Program-made: the position numbers and the translations under genes
The notes under the pieces: model-generated
Seen by the model: the letters and a program-made list of their open reading frames with translations, nothing else
Database searches by the model: none
Told to the model about the DNA's origin: nothing
Part shown: piece after piece, positions 1 to 58,138 of the stretch
Layout: each line of letters opens with the position of its first letter
Numbering within the stretch: the first letter of the stretch is position 1
Source: Octopus sinensis
Lineage: Eukaryota
Assembly: GCF_006345805.1 (NCBI RefSeq)
Contig: NC_042997.1
Location: 39,308,001 to 39,372,000, forward strand
DNA: 64,000 bases
Reading direction: 5' to 3'

Positions 1-1119
1 AATAAAGTACCAGTTACACACTGGGGTTGATTTAATCTGTTTGTCTGTCCTTGTTTGTCCCCTTGTGGGCAGTAAAGAAATAGGGATGTATGTGTTACCG
101 GCACTATCCATGAATATGATATCACTTGGCTTGACAATTCATGATTTAAAAGCATGAGTCAGTCTGTTTGTTCACGACACAGATCATGGAAACACATTGC
201 TATGATATCTAAGGTTCTGGGGGACTTTTCTGAGGTTATTGGCTATGAATAGGATTATTTCAGCCAAATGATTCTTAGAAATGGCAGCAACATGCAATTT
301 GTGTGTCAAAGGCTGAAATCAAAATATTCTAAACATAAAGTGGGTGCAACTTACTTACTGCTATGACAAATATTCAAGAATATACGATATCCATTAATTA
401 CCGATATCATGTTTCCCACACTGCATATTTAATCTTACTTTTGCTTTTTCTTTTTCATTAGATATGCTTCCACCCACTTAACTATAGTTTTGTTTTAGTT
501 GACTATTTTTCTTGCTCTTCAATAATTTAGTTTTTAGTTATTTACACACACACACACACACACATATATATATCAGAAGCATCACTAATTTTATGATTTC
601 TATTTAATTCTTGAGGTGTTTTTTTGGTCAGTAGGATAGAGCAAGTGTATGTTAACGATGCTAATCCCGACTAATTTGTTTTAAATATTCAATTCTTTAG
701 TTGTTATATTTTTAAAAAATCCTTTAAATTTATGGCTCAAAAAAGAAAAAAAGTAAAGAAAAAAAGCAGAGGAAGCTTATATTAACAACCTTCACTTACC
801 TTGCAACACTATTTGTGAATTGTAAATATAATAACCGTAACTGGACTATAATTGAATGTACTACATTAAAACTTAATTATCTTCAAAGTAACAATTCATA
901 AATTTTAAAATCTAATTAGTTGTGTAAGACTAATTTTCATTATATAAGTTAGAATTACATCTTTGTATTTTGATTTTTGTATCTTGATGTATTCCTTGAG
1001 TAGCAACTTTCCAAAAAGCCTTTATATACTGTGGCAATTGAACTACAATACTCAGATTCACATTACGTTGACAAGCTGGCTTAACACTCTGGGAATAATG
1101 GAAATCATCAGGAATTGAG

Positions 1120-1157
<38 letters not shown>

Positions 1158-1510
1158 CATCATCGTCGTTTGGCGTCCGCTTTCCATGCTGGCATGGGTT
1201 GGACGGTGCAACTGGGGGGTCTAGGAAGCCAGGAGGCTGCGCCAGGCCCAGTCTGATCTGGCAGTGTTTCTACAGCTGGATGCCCTTCCTAACGCCAACC
1301 ACTCCATGAGTGTAGTGGGTGCTTTTTACGTGCCACCAGCACAGGTGCCAGACGAGGCTGGCAACGGCCACGATCGGATGGTGCTTTTTACGTGTCACCG
1401 GCACGGAAGCCAATCGGGGCGGCGCTGGCAATGGTCACGTTCGGATGATTCTCTTATGTGCCACCAGCACTGGTATCACAGCTACAATTTCCATTGACGT
1501 TGATCGATTT
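1158..1510 (-). mobile_element. RTE 3'-UTR fragment with internal ~58-bp tandem repeats (similar copies ~2475-2870 -, 3095-3280 +, 12590-12835 +, 14195-14395 +, 20440-20545 -, 30740-30935 +, 50145-50510 -)
   Basis: Matches the 3' end of the RTE at 42540-42820; (CAT)n tail. Confidence 0.85.
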
Positions 1511-4500
1511 TGGTATATACACAGAGAGAGAGAACGATGCAGCATAGATACATATAATTTTGTAAGAGAAAGGGATATGAGCATAACTTGGTACTCACTT
1601 ATTCCAATTGTTCCATATATTTCAGTATTCAATAACACATGTCACACTACAGATGCAACCAGTAGATGCAGCTTATAGGGCAAGCATGGAGCAAACACAT
1701 TGTAAGACAATCGATAAAAAAAAATAACTGCATATAATTATGTATGGATAATTAATATTTCACATTATACATCAGCCTATGTAATCTATGTATTATATAT
1801 ATAGTTGTACTACAATATATATAATATGTTATTATTGGTAAGAAACTCTCAGAAGAGATGAATAGCAGAAGGGCCTCGGAAAAGAAACAATTCAGGCAAG
1901 TGTTTCAGCCCTTAACGTCTTACACTCTAAGGGGGTTGTGTTGCATCCAAGTCATGACACTTGTGTGCCCTTCGGCCAATACTTTTAGCCACTTATGCAT
2001 TTAAACCATATGGATATTTGACAAGATCTAGCTGGAATTCCTCTCTGTTGCCTCAGCTTTCAAACTTATCTTCTTGGAGTTTAGAAATAACATTGATAGT
2101 TATGATAGCTATGAAACATTATTTTAAACTGGAGCATTGGGAAAATACTTTGCAGTATTTGTTCTGGGTCTTTACGTTCTGAATCAAAATCTGCTGAGAT
2201 CAACTTGCTTTTCATCCTTTCAGGAACAATAAGTAGGAGTTGATATCAACTAATGCCCTCCACTCAAAATTGCTGGCTTTGTGCCTAAATCAGAAACCGT
2301 TATTTGCAAACAGGAGCATCAGAAAAATTCTTTGTAGTACTTGTTTTGGCTCTGTACTTTCTGAGCCTAAATTCCATTGAGATCAGCTTTGCTCTTCATC
2401 CTTTCAATAAACAATTATTTTCCTCTCATATTAAGTACAACCTCTCATTCTAATTCAATATTTTGAATGACTACATCATCATCATCATCGTTTAACGTCC
2501 ATTTTCCATGCTAGCATGGGTTGAACGGTTTGACCAGGGTCTGGCTGCACCAGGCTCCAGTCTGATCTGGCAGTGTTTCTACAGCTGGATGCCCTTCCTA
2601 ACGCCAACCACTCTGTGAATGTAGTGGGTGCTTTTACGTGTCACTGACACGGACGTCAGTCAGGCGGTGCTGGCATCTGCCACGTTCGGACAGTGTTTTT
2701 TACGTGTCACCGGCACGGGTATCTTAATTACAATTTCCATTTGATTTTCATTTTCATGTTGGTGTTAACGTACTTGACTCAATAGGTCTCCTCAAGAACA
2801 GCGGATCACTCTACGATCCAAGGTTAGCACAGCAGGTCGTCCTGCAAGCCATGAACTCACTTCATTGCTTACAATTTAGAATGTTTTGAAGCAATACATA
2901 TTATTTATTTCTGGATTTTCATGACAGTCATATTTTGCAGAGAATAAAATGCTTGGTCTGTTTTCATTTTCATTTATTATTAAGTGTATATGCTACTGCT
3001 TATTTAGGATAAGAACCATAAGCAAGTCATTGTCAAGCATCATAGTTTTCAGTAACCACCTCAGATTTTTGTAGTCTTACAAGCTGTTACCTTTACTAGT
3101 GCCAATGGCACACAAAAAAAAGCACCCAGTACGTGCTGTAAAGTGGTAGATTTTAGAAAGGGCATCCAGCCATTGAAAGCACATGAACACTAGAGCATGA
3201 TGCAGTTCCTCGGCCCATCAGACCCTGTCAAACTGTCTGACCCATGCCAACAGAGAACATGAGCATTAAATGATGATGATCTTAGAATATGTTGGGATAT
3301 ATTTAGCTATTTAAACTTGTATATAACCTGAATGATTGTATTGTTTTCCAAAACTCTTTTGAAATTAAAGGAGTTTGATCTTTTCTTTTCAAATGTAAAG
3401 TGATAAATTTTTTCCATTTATCTTATCTCTATCCAAAATTAAGTATTTTGTCTGAGCAATTCTTTTCCTTCCTATATTAGCCTAAATGTTTTTCTAGTAT
3501 TTTGTAAATCCTTATACCTCACACCCATTGTGTGTGTATGTGTGTGACTTCCTTCCTCCATAATTTGCAACATGCTTCTTCTTGTTCTTCTTCTTAAAAA
3601 GAATTTTTGCTTAATGCAGAGATATCTAAGAAAGGAATTATCACATTACCTATGTCTGTTAAAAGTAGGAAAGTTTAAATATCTGGAAATATTCCAAAAA
3701 AAAAAATAAAAGCCTATTTTACTATCTTTCTACCACTTAAACTGTCAGACCATAATTTTGATCCTCTTAACAAATGATACAAACTGCATTGTTCTTGTCT
3801 GAGTAAAAGAGAGAATAATTAATAATTTGACTCTTAATATTTAATGTGTTTTTTTTTTTGTTTGTTTGGTTTTGTTTTTTGCTTTTTTGTCTTAGTAGAG
3901 AGAGAAAGAAAGGGGAAAGTATAGGCTGGGAAATGGCTTCATCTCTTAAACCATTGCTCTAAATCTTGTATTCTTTATTCAAATCACAAAAATTCTGAAA
4001 CTTCACCCAGTGACTTTCATTTATATCTGAACATCTAAGTATTATACTCTATTAACCTTACTTCCTACATATTAGGGTATTAGGTCACTGTATACAAGCT
4101 GTCTTAAAAGCATATGAATACTTTGCTTTCACTAACCATTAAACAAAAATGTAACTCCTCAGCATTCACAATAATCGCTGTTTATATAACTGTCAATTCT
4201 TCCTCTTACGGAACACTAACCACATAAACTTGCAGCTCTTGAAAGTACAAAAGCCTTTGTTCAGAATTAACATGCTTCTGTACATGGTATATATTCCTTC
4301 AAATAGCAGCTCATGCATGTACTCACAAAAACGAATCTCACAGTCAATTTTTCTAGTACTCTTTTTATTTTTTCCTCAAATCTTTCATACTCAGATCTTG
4401 TATACATTATATATATATATATTTATCTATATACCATCATCCTATGTTAAATATAATCATAAGTGTATGCTCCTGAAAGTTTAAATATAAGGAACACTGA

Positions 4501-4659
4501 CTGCATTTTTATGTATGTTTTTAAACCAATATAAATGTTTACCTTATATTTTTATTTGCAAAAAAAAAAAAGAAAATCACTGCCAGTGAAACTATTAATG
4601 ACTAAACAATAAGAAATTTAATTCTATAGATGTTATAACACTCAAGGTATCTTGCTATA

Positions 4660-4812
4660 TGGACCTTGTAAAGTTCCATCAAATTATTTTCACCAATGCA
4701 TACATATAGCCCTTAGCAACCAGGTATGTTGTTATGTTATAACAACATAGCTGGTTTCTAAAGGTTGTACGTATGCATTGGTGAAAATACTAATAAAGCT
4801 TTACAGGGTCCA
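4660..4812. repeat. Long imperfect palindrome/hairpin
   Basis: tattttcaccaatgcatac (4685-4703) pairs perfectly with 4771-4789; ~50-bp gapless stem with 3-nt loop; outer arms tggaccttgtaaag / ctttacagggtcca. Confidence 0.9.
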
Positions 4813-5196
4813 ATTATGCTACTAAAGGTTTCAGTTAATGTTAGCTCACACATTTTAAACCATGCTTCAATCTATTTTCCCAAAATAAATGCTCAACAAA
4901 GTATGTACTGTAAATTTGAGCATCAGACCCCCTGTATCTAGGTTTATTACAGTAGATTAGTAATATAATTAGATTAAAACTATAGTTGTAATCAGCAGTG
5001 ATGTGTATTATTTATAACAGTTGTGATTTTTCAGAAATATAAAGTCTGCACCAAAGTTATAAACTAAGATATAGAATTATTGTATATTGACTTAAAGTGA
5101 GATCTCAAACATACAACAGTTCTTAAGAGAGATACAATGGGAACCTAATGAAAATATTTATTTCTTTGAACATATAAATAAAACTCACTGCAATAA

Positions 5197-5237
<41 letters not shown>

Positions 5238-7019
5238 CTGCTACTTCCTACAGTTATGATTGCAAAGCAAATAAAATTGAATACCAATGGATTTTCTAAA
5301 ACTGCTTTTTAATTGCATTTAAATAGTTTATTTGATGGTACAAATTTTCTCAGAGATAAAATTTTTCCTGCAGCTACTAAACACTTACTTCTAAAGTTTT
5401 TTATACATAAAATGATTACCTGTTCATATGCCCTCGTATAGCCACTACATTGTACAACTAGTATTCTAATCTAAATTATATTTCTCACCTTCAGAACTGC
5501 TTTCATTTACTATATATTACATATTTACATAATTGTAATGAAATAATCTTCCAGCAAACTAAAGTCATTAAAATATTTCGTATTCCATCCCCCTTAAAAT
5601 ACAGGATTTTGAACCCTGTGGAAAAGAAATCATAGTTATATATATAATATCTATATTGCATAACATTTTTTCTCAATTCTCATTGTAAAAGGCAGGAATA
5701 CTACAATTTTACATTTCTCTTCATATTTTAACATGTGTTGGAATAACTATTTCAAAATATAGCCATTGCTTCATACCCAATAGATAAGGTACATTAATTT
5801 TACATAATCAACTTACCTGGAAGTAATTATCACCTAAGTTGTTACCCAATATTTGGTCAGTTTACATTTTCTCACATAAACTTTTCCATTTATTGGAAAA
5901 AATATAAACAGTTTACTTTGTAAGAAATGGAAATGTTGAAACATTTATTCTTTTCTTGTAGGTATTATTATCATCGTAAGTTACTTAGCTTCTGCTGAGA
6001 AATTAAATTAGCTCAGTTTTTAAGAAGCCTATGTAATAGTTTTTGAGGTTTATTCTATAATCAAAATCAGTGATCTTGTTTTTTTTTCTGAAGTCCCAAA
6101 AACGAGAGTTTACTATTGTCAAAGTAGGACATCCCACATTGACTAAATATCTTCAAATATTTCTAAATCCCATACAAATTAGAAATAGTAGCTTAACAGT
6201 TTCTTCCCGAATGTTGATCAAATAAATACAATTACTCAGTATCTGGCATTCAGACACATTCGCCTTACAAGGGAGATCACTCTTTATATACAAAGAAGTC
6301 TTTGCAGTTTCCTATTCTTCAATAATTTTTCGAAAGCTAGAACACGGTAATTTATTTAATAGAAGTGTAAACCTGTCTCTGTTGTTTGAACACACAATAT
6401 ATCTCAACGTTTTGAAATCTTTGAGATAATTACAATTCATCGTTCCTTTAATTAAAAACAAAATATATTCTACAAAAAACGTGTTTGAACAGAGTGAAAA
6501 TTTAAAAGAAAAATTAAATACGTTTGTTTCAAAACTTCCAATAACAAATCTTTCTCACATAGTTTTCATGACCAAATATATGGGTTATATTTCATCCAAA
6601 TAAATAAATTCGTTTATGCCTTTCAGAACAAAATACATAAAATGTGATGCTCCTTATTGTATGAAGAGTAATCTCCCTTGTGGTGCGAAAGTTTACGTGC
6701 ATCCAGTATTCTAATCACTATTATGAAGGTTATAATAAGGATAGTGATACCGAAAGTATTCTGAGCTTAACCTATTTGATTATTGATTTATAATGCTAAA
6801 TGTTCACATGATTTTATGCTACTTTTATAAGTTGAACAAAATATAACAGAAAGATGGTGTATCACTCACTTTACTAACACCACTAAAGAACCAATGCATA
6901 ATTATCACTAATCACTTAAACAAGATTACATTTTCCTTCCTGAGTTGTTAGTATATGAAAGTATATAAACACTACTGCATTGCTTTTTTTTTTTTTTTTT
7001 TTTTTAGGTAATAATAATA

Positions 7020-7428
7020 AGCGCAGGAGTGGCTGTGTGGTAAGTAGCTTGCTTACCAACCACATGGTTCCGTGTTCAGTCCCACTGCATGGCACCTTGG
7101 GCAAGTGTCTTCTACTATAGCCTCGGGCCGACCAAAGCCTTGTGAGTGGATTTGGTAGACAGAAACTGAAAGAAGCCTGTCGTATATATGTATATATATA
7201 TATATATATGCGTTTGTGTGTCTGTGTTTGTCCCCCTAGCATTGCTTGACAACCGATGCTGGTGTGTTTATGTCCCCGTTTCTTAGCGGTTCGGCAAAAG
7301 AGACGGATAGAATAAGTACTAGGCTTACAAAAGAATAAGTCCCAGGGTCGAGTTGCTCGATTAAAGGCGGTGCTCCAGCATGGCCACAGCCAAATGACTG
7401 ACACAAGTAAAAGAGTAAAAAGGAGTAA
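7020..7428 (+). mobile_element. tRNA-derived SINE family A (central TA/TG microsatellite, aagagtaa tail)
   Basis: A/B-box-like head ggagtggctgtgtggtaag...ggttcagtccc; many similar copies in the window. Confidence 0.9.
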
Positions 7429-8624
7429 AGCTTTGCATTAAAATATTTTTTGCAAATTTTTTTTCTAATTTCTTTTTAAAAATCACTTTTCTATTTCAGT
7501 TATGCACGCGTTTTTTTTTAATGTTGTACTGAAATATAGCATGTCTGAGTTAACAATACATTTTTTTTTACACTTTTCACAGTTTTTTAGTTTTTGATAA
7601 AATATCAAGACAACTTCATAAAATATATTTTTAAGAAATCTTATATGTTTGAAGACATATTATAACAAATGTATTTTTTATTAAAAGCGAAATGATAAAT
7701 GTGTTATTATTAGTTTTGTAATTTTTACATTAAATCATTAAATTGATTGATTCATTAGAAAAGTTAAGTATCTATTACTGTAGTGTTTTATAATTTCAGA
7801 CAATATACAACTCATAATTAGCTTATTTTGATGTCATTCCAATTAAGGCCATCAATTAGACAGTCTAGCAGATTTTAAAACAATCAAGAAAAATAGACTA
7901 TAAAAATATCTAAGGGTCCTGTGCAGCCCATTATGTAATCCTTGGTACAGAAAAGGACCACTTGTTTTCCACATTCCAAAAACATTCATTGTATCAGACA
8001 ATCTTCATGGATTACTGGAAAAAAATTGTTAGTTTAATGAGGGTTTTTTTTATGTTTTTATAATACAAATTAGTAGTACATTTATTAACATTATTGTGAA
8101 AAAAGTTTCATTTTTTTTTTTTACAAAGGAAATTTTCTAAACTTCTATATTCCATCTGAGTAATTTTAAATGATCAAGAATTTGATAAATTCTTAAAGGA
8201 CCAATTTATACTTTTTTTGCCCCCCAAAACAATTCTCTAAATGCTTCCTATATGGTTTGTTTTTATTAATTAGAAACAAATACACATTAAAAATATTCTG
8301 TGAGTGCTGATGTTGACTCCCTATGTAAATAAAAATTGTTATATTTACTGCTAAACAATTATCCTTTCAGCTGCAGTTAATTTGTAGACCAATTCACTTA
8401 CCATTGTCTCTTAATGATCACTCTTTGTTTCTTTAAGTTTAGATAACTTTACCCTTCTGTGTCTTGGACTTTAAAACAATTCCATTATAAAATAAAATGC
8501 ATTAAAAATACTTAACATTATTTCTGATTTTGTTTTGTTTTATTTTTAGTGTTATCTTAAGTTTATTTTGTTTTGAATCTGCATTTACATATTAAACTTG
8601 TATTTCTGTTCAACTCCATTTATA

Positions 8625-9828
8625 ATATAATAATGAAATTATTGTATACAGTGCTCAGGTGCACCACAACTTGTCAGAGTATATGCAGTAATGTACAAAT
8701 GTCTGGAAAGCGAACAATGCATGAGTCAGATACATGCTTGTGTGTGTATGGAGGGGAGAAAATCAGGTGTAGTGTTGGCGAATCTCAGAAAGCATGGAAG
8801 TTTTGAAGGATGCAGTGCTCCGACAACTAACAACCGATGCCGGCAGTTTGTTCCACGCCTCAGCAACTCTCAGCGTGAAAAAATGTTTCCTGAAGTCATG
8901 GGAGCTGTGCTGTTTTCTTACTTTGTAAATATGTCCACGGGTGTTAGATGGGTGGAGTTTGAAGAGGTGCTCAGTGTTATTGTTTGTGTGATGGTTGATA
9001 ATTTTATGGGTGTCTGCCAGGTCAGCTGCCAGACGTCGGAGTTTCAATGTGTCCATGCCCAGGGAAGTAAGACGTTCAGGATATGGCAAATGCCTGATGG
9101 AGGGTATTCTTTTGGTTGCACGTCGCTGAACAGCTTCCAGACGATTGATGTCCTGGGCAAGATAGGGGTTCCAGACCGGTGATGCAAATTCCAGGTGAGG
9201 TCTTACCATAGCTATATAAAGCCGCAGATAGATAGCCGGAGAGCGGCTCACAAAGGATTTGGTGAGTGATGCCAAGACACCCTCAGCCTTCTTGACAATT
9301 TTGGCGATGTGTTTTGTCCAACGCAAATCACTGTCGACAATAACACCCAGGTCACATTCACTTGAAGACTTTTTGAGACTAGTGTTGTGGAGGGAGTAGG
9401 TGGACGCTGGGTTTCTCCTCCCAAAATGCATGGTGGTACATTTGTCCACAGCCAGCTTGAGTTGCCAGTCCATGATCCACTGCTGCATTGTGTCCAGGTC
9501 TGCTTGCAATAGAGATCCATAGTGTATAGGATTTGACCTCTTTATTTCGAGGTACAGCTTGATGTCATCTGCATATTTCAGCACTGTGGCATTCTTTAAG
9601 TTGGCATCTATGTCATTAACATATGCAACAAATAAAAGAGGGCCAAGAACAGATCCCTGCGGCACACCAGATGTCATCTCATAGGGCGAAGAGTGCTGTC
9701 CTAGAACTGTGACAACCTCTTTTCGGCCGAAAATAAAGGACTTTAACCAGTTATAGAGTTCGTCTCTTACACCCAACACAGAAAGCTTCACCATAAGTTT
9801 TTTGTGTGGCACAGAGTTAAAAGCCTTC
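8625..9828 (-). mobile_element. 5'-truncated CR1/L2-group LINE with open reverse-transcriptase frame
   Basis: ORF 8763-9851: KAFNSVPH, SGVPQGSVLGPLLF, YADD, RPHLEFASPVWNP, TRGH..K, FFTLRV..WN.LP; 3' UTR ending in (TAA)n. Confidence 0.95.
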
Positions 9829-10881
9829 ATGACAATATTTTTAATACACACATAATTTGTATAACAAAATCATTTTTCTAATATATGCTATTAAAAACAG
9901 AATCAGTTTTAAAATGCAAATATATTTAATATTTAAAAAAGATATACAATACATATTTTAAAACATTATTACAAAAAGTAAAATTTTTTTTAAGAATGAA
10001 AATTTGAATAAGGTAAAGATTATAGTCTTTTCTTAAAATTCAATTATACAGGACTTGAAAGCAAGAATTTAGTTCTTAATTCTCGAAATACGTTTTTATA
10101 ATAAAAAAAAAATCAGATTCTCTTTTCAGATCTATTGAATGCATAAATGATTTAAAAATTCTTTTTTTAGAGAAAAGAATTTAGAATTATATAAGTCCCA
10201 ATATATGGGACTTAATACCTGCATCAAGACCCATATATTTTTACACATAAAACATACAATGACATTACAAAATGCTGTCTTGATATTTTTTTTTTTAAGG
10301 CACATATTTAAAAGATTTAATATTTGTATTTCAAGTCAATATGTAAAAGTCTTGACTTGATATGGAGAGGATACATTAATTCCACCACACTAATGAGACA
10401 ATGTTAAACTGTACGAAGTTCGGTTTTAAAGCTGGTGTCATTCGAAATCACAGCTACACCAAATATGGTAGCATTACTACGAAAGGATTTTATGCAAAAT
10501 GATAAATCATAAACTTTTGAACTGCATCCAACATATTTCAATTACTTTGTGACATTAAAATAAAATCTTTAATTTTGATATTTAAACTTTTGGTGTGATG
10601 CAGGTGATTGTGTTTTCTGTTTTGTTCGTTACAGAAATGAAGGTCAACACTAAAATATAATTTGGATTTTTCGCAATCAGATTCAGGTATTCACTTCTGT
10701 TTCAGAATCGATTTGCATTGTCTTGTGTAATAAGCCAGTTAAAGCAATTTGTTTTAACGAACATGTTGACCAACAATTAGTGACTTTTTAAAGATGAATG
10801 TATGAAGCGTGAGGCAAGTAGATATATTGCATTTAGGAATAAGACTAAATGCCTTCACTAGAATAAAAAGAAATTAAGTTC

Positions 10882-55750
<44,869 letters not shown>

Positions 55751-57364
55751 ATTTATCACACCTGTATTGTCCTATTAAAGTAATCACAGGTGGAGAAAGG
55801 TAAGAGTGATAAGTTGCGCTCACGGTACACACTTCATTGTTCTTTTCCTCCTTCTTCAAAAGAACTTAACATAATCATGCTACATTGAAATGTAAACAAT
55901 CATAAAAGAAAAAGGAAAGCCTCGTAAATTAAACACGTTCATAGGTAGACGTGTTTGGAAGAACATAAGTAAACAAGAGCAAAGGGCTGACAAGCAAGAG
56001 AGCAACTTGCAAATCCGCTCCGTCTAATCTTTTCTAGCGTTGTGAGCCAGGGCTGATTATAAAGTTTTGTTGTCAGCAGTCAATTTGACCGACCACCTGA
56101 ATATTTCTCTCCCTTCCTGCTTCTTTCGCCTCACACTAATAGAAAACTATATTAGATATTTTATCTCAGTTATGGAGAGAAGTATGTATTTAAAATAACA
56201 CATACGGGTTTTAAAAGCAAAAAACGACTAAGCAAATTAAAACGAATAATTAAATTAAATTAATCAATAATGAAATTAAAACTAATTCACTGGTTATTTA
56301 TTAAAAAGAAACAAACTTTTTAGCTGGCAGAATTGATAGCACGCCGGACAAAATGCTTAGCGGCGTTTCGTCCGTCTTTACGTTCCGAGTTCAAATTTCG
56401 CCAAATTTTGCCTTTCATCCTTTCGAAGGTCGATAGTAGATTAACCCCCGCCTAAAAAAATTTCAGGCCTTGTGCCTATAGTAGAAAGGATGTAGGCAGC
56501 GAGCTGGCAGAATCGTTAGCACGCCAGGCAAAATGCTTAGCGGCATTTAATCCGGCTTTACGTTGAGTTCAAATTCCGCTGAGGTCGACTTTGCCTTTCT
56601 TCCTTTCGGGGTCGGTAAAATAAGTACCAGTTTTGCACTCAGGTCGATGTAATCGACTTACCATACTCCATCACCACCACCACCATCAAAAAAAAAATCC
56701 AGGCCTTGTGCCTTTAGTAGAAATGATAGATAGAAAGTGTTTAAAATTTACTTTTATTTTTCCACAGAGAGCTAGGACAAATTGCATATAGGCCTAAGGC
56801 GAAAACCTCAGTGATTACTACAAAGCTTAATTGATATTTTTAAAGTGGGCATCTTGTCAGTAAATCTATAGGAGAATGAAATTACATCACTTTTATACCT
56901 TTCGTTATACAAGTTAATATCCCTTCGCTATTTTTGCACTTGAACGAAAGTAATTTACGTTAGATCGAATCCTATGGACTTTTACGGCAATCAGTATCGA
57001 TCCTTTCAATTTTATAACATGGAAACTTGCGCTCGAAGTTAAAAACTAACGGAACTTTTACTACATATTAACAGAAATTAATTTATGAATTTACCAATTT
57101 ATTTTACTGAAAAGTCATCGACTTAATAATGTTCGTGGGGTATCACGTCCGTATTCTGAAGGGATTACTCTAATTAGGTATTAGTCATCATATATTAACA
57201 TAATTTCAATGCCAGTTTTAGTTAGGAAACAAAAGAGAAAAAAACATTTGTTCACACACACACCTTCTGTGTGTGTGTGTGCGTGCGCGCGTGTGTGTAA
57301 GTCGTCTAAAAGTCCATATGTTAGGAAAAAAATGCACTCGTATATGTCAATAGAGTGGGTATAT

Positions 57365-57745
57365 TCTTTTCTACTCTAGGCACAAGGCCCGAAATTTTAG
57401 ATCGATTCCAGTACGCAACTGGTATTTAATTTCTCGACCCTGAAAGGATGAAAGGCAAAGTCGACCTTGGCAGAATTTGAACTCAGAACGTAACAGCAGA
57501 CGAAATACCTATTTCTTTACTACCCACAAGAGGCTTAACACAGAGAGGACAAACAAGGACAGACAAACGGATTAAGTCGATTACATCGATCCCCAGTGCT
57601 TAACTGGTGCTTAATTTATCGACCCCGAAAGGATGAAAGGCAAAGTCGACCTCGGTAGAATTTGAACTCAGAACATAACAGCAGACGAAATACCGCTAAG
57701 CATTTCGCCCGGCGTGCTAACCGTTCTGTCAGCTCACCGCCTTAA
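57365..57745 (-). mobile_element. SINE family B dimer
   Basis: Same dimer junction (gacgaaatacctatttcttt on +). Confidence 0.85.
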
Positions 57746-58138
57746 TAGAGTGGGTATATTATCCGAAAATGGACATATAATACTGTACATTTCGGATAAT
57801 ATATATAAATATATCGTCAGTAGTTCCTATAACCGAAAAAAGAAGCACACTCTAGTACAAAAGAACAGTGATACATTATATATATTTAGTAGATTGTTAT
57901 GGTTGGTGAGAGGGTGACCATTGATTTTGCACCTATAGCGCTTTATAAGCGCGGAACCAATGGTCACTCTCTGGCTGTACGTGGCTTCCCAACCGCATGG
58001 ATCCAGGTTCAGTCCCACTGCAAGTTACCTTGGGCAACAGCCTTCTACTAAAGCCTCGGGTCGACCAAAGCTTTGTGAGTGGATTTGACAGGCGGAAACT
58101 GAACCAAAAGAATACACACACACACACACACACATATC

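Noticed and set aside
799-1120. Strong donor AAG|GTAAGT at ~799 and ORF 930-1211 as exons of a second minus-strand gene
   Set aside because: No recognisable protein similarity; the ORF starts in an RTE tail and a (TA)n tract; unsupported without transcripts.
8691-9182. 163-aa plus-strand ORF
   Set aside because: Antisense shadow of the LINE RT ORF.
7598-10290. Long-range complementarity aaaatatcaagaca (~7600) / tgtcttgatatttt (~10277)
   Set aside because: A single 14-bp AT-rich match with no clear extension; plausible by chance.
3300-10880. Iron-responsive elements in the putative 3' UTR (expected for a TfR-like mRNA)
   Set aside because: Minus-strand CAGUG loops at ~4086, 4496, 4578 and 5186 lack the 5-bp upper stem; no canonical IRE seen by eye (not exhaustive).
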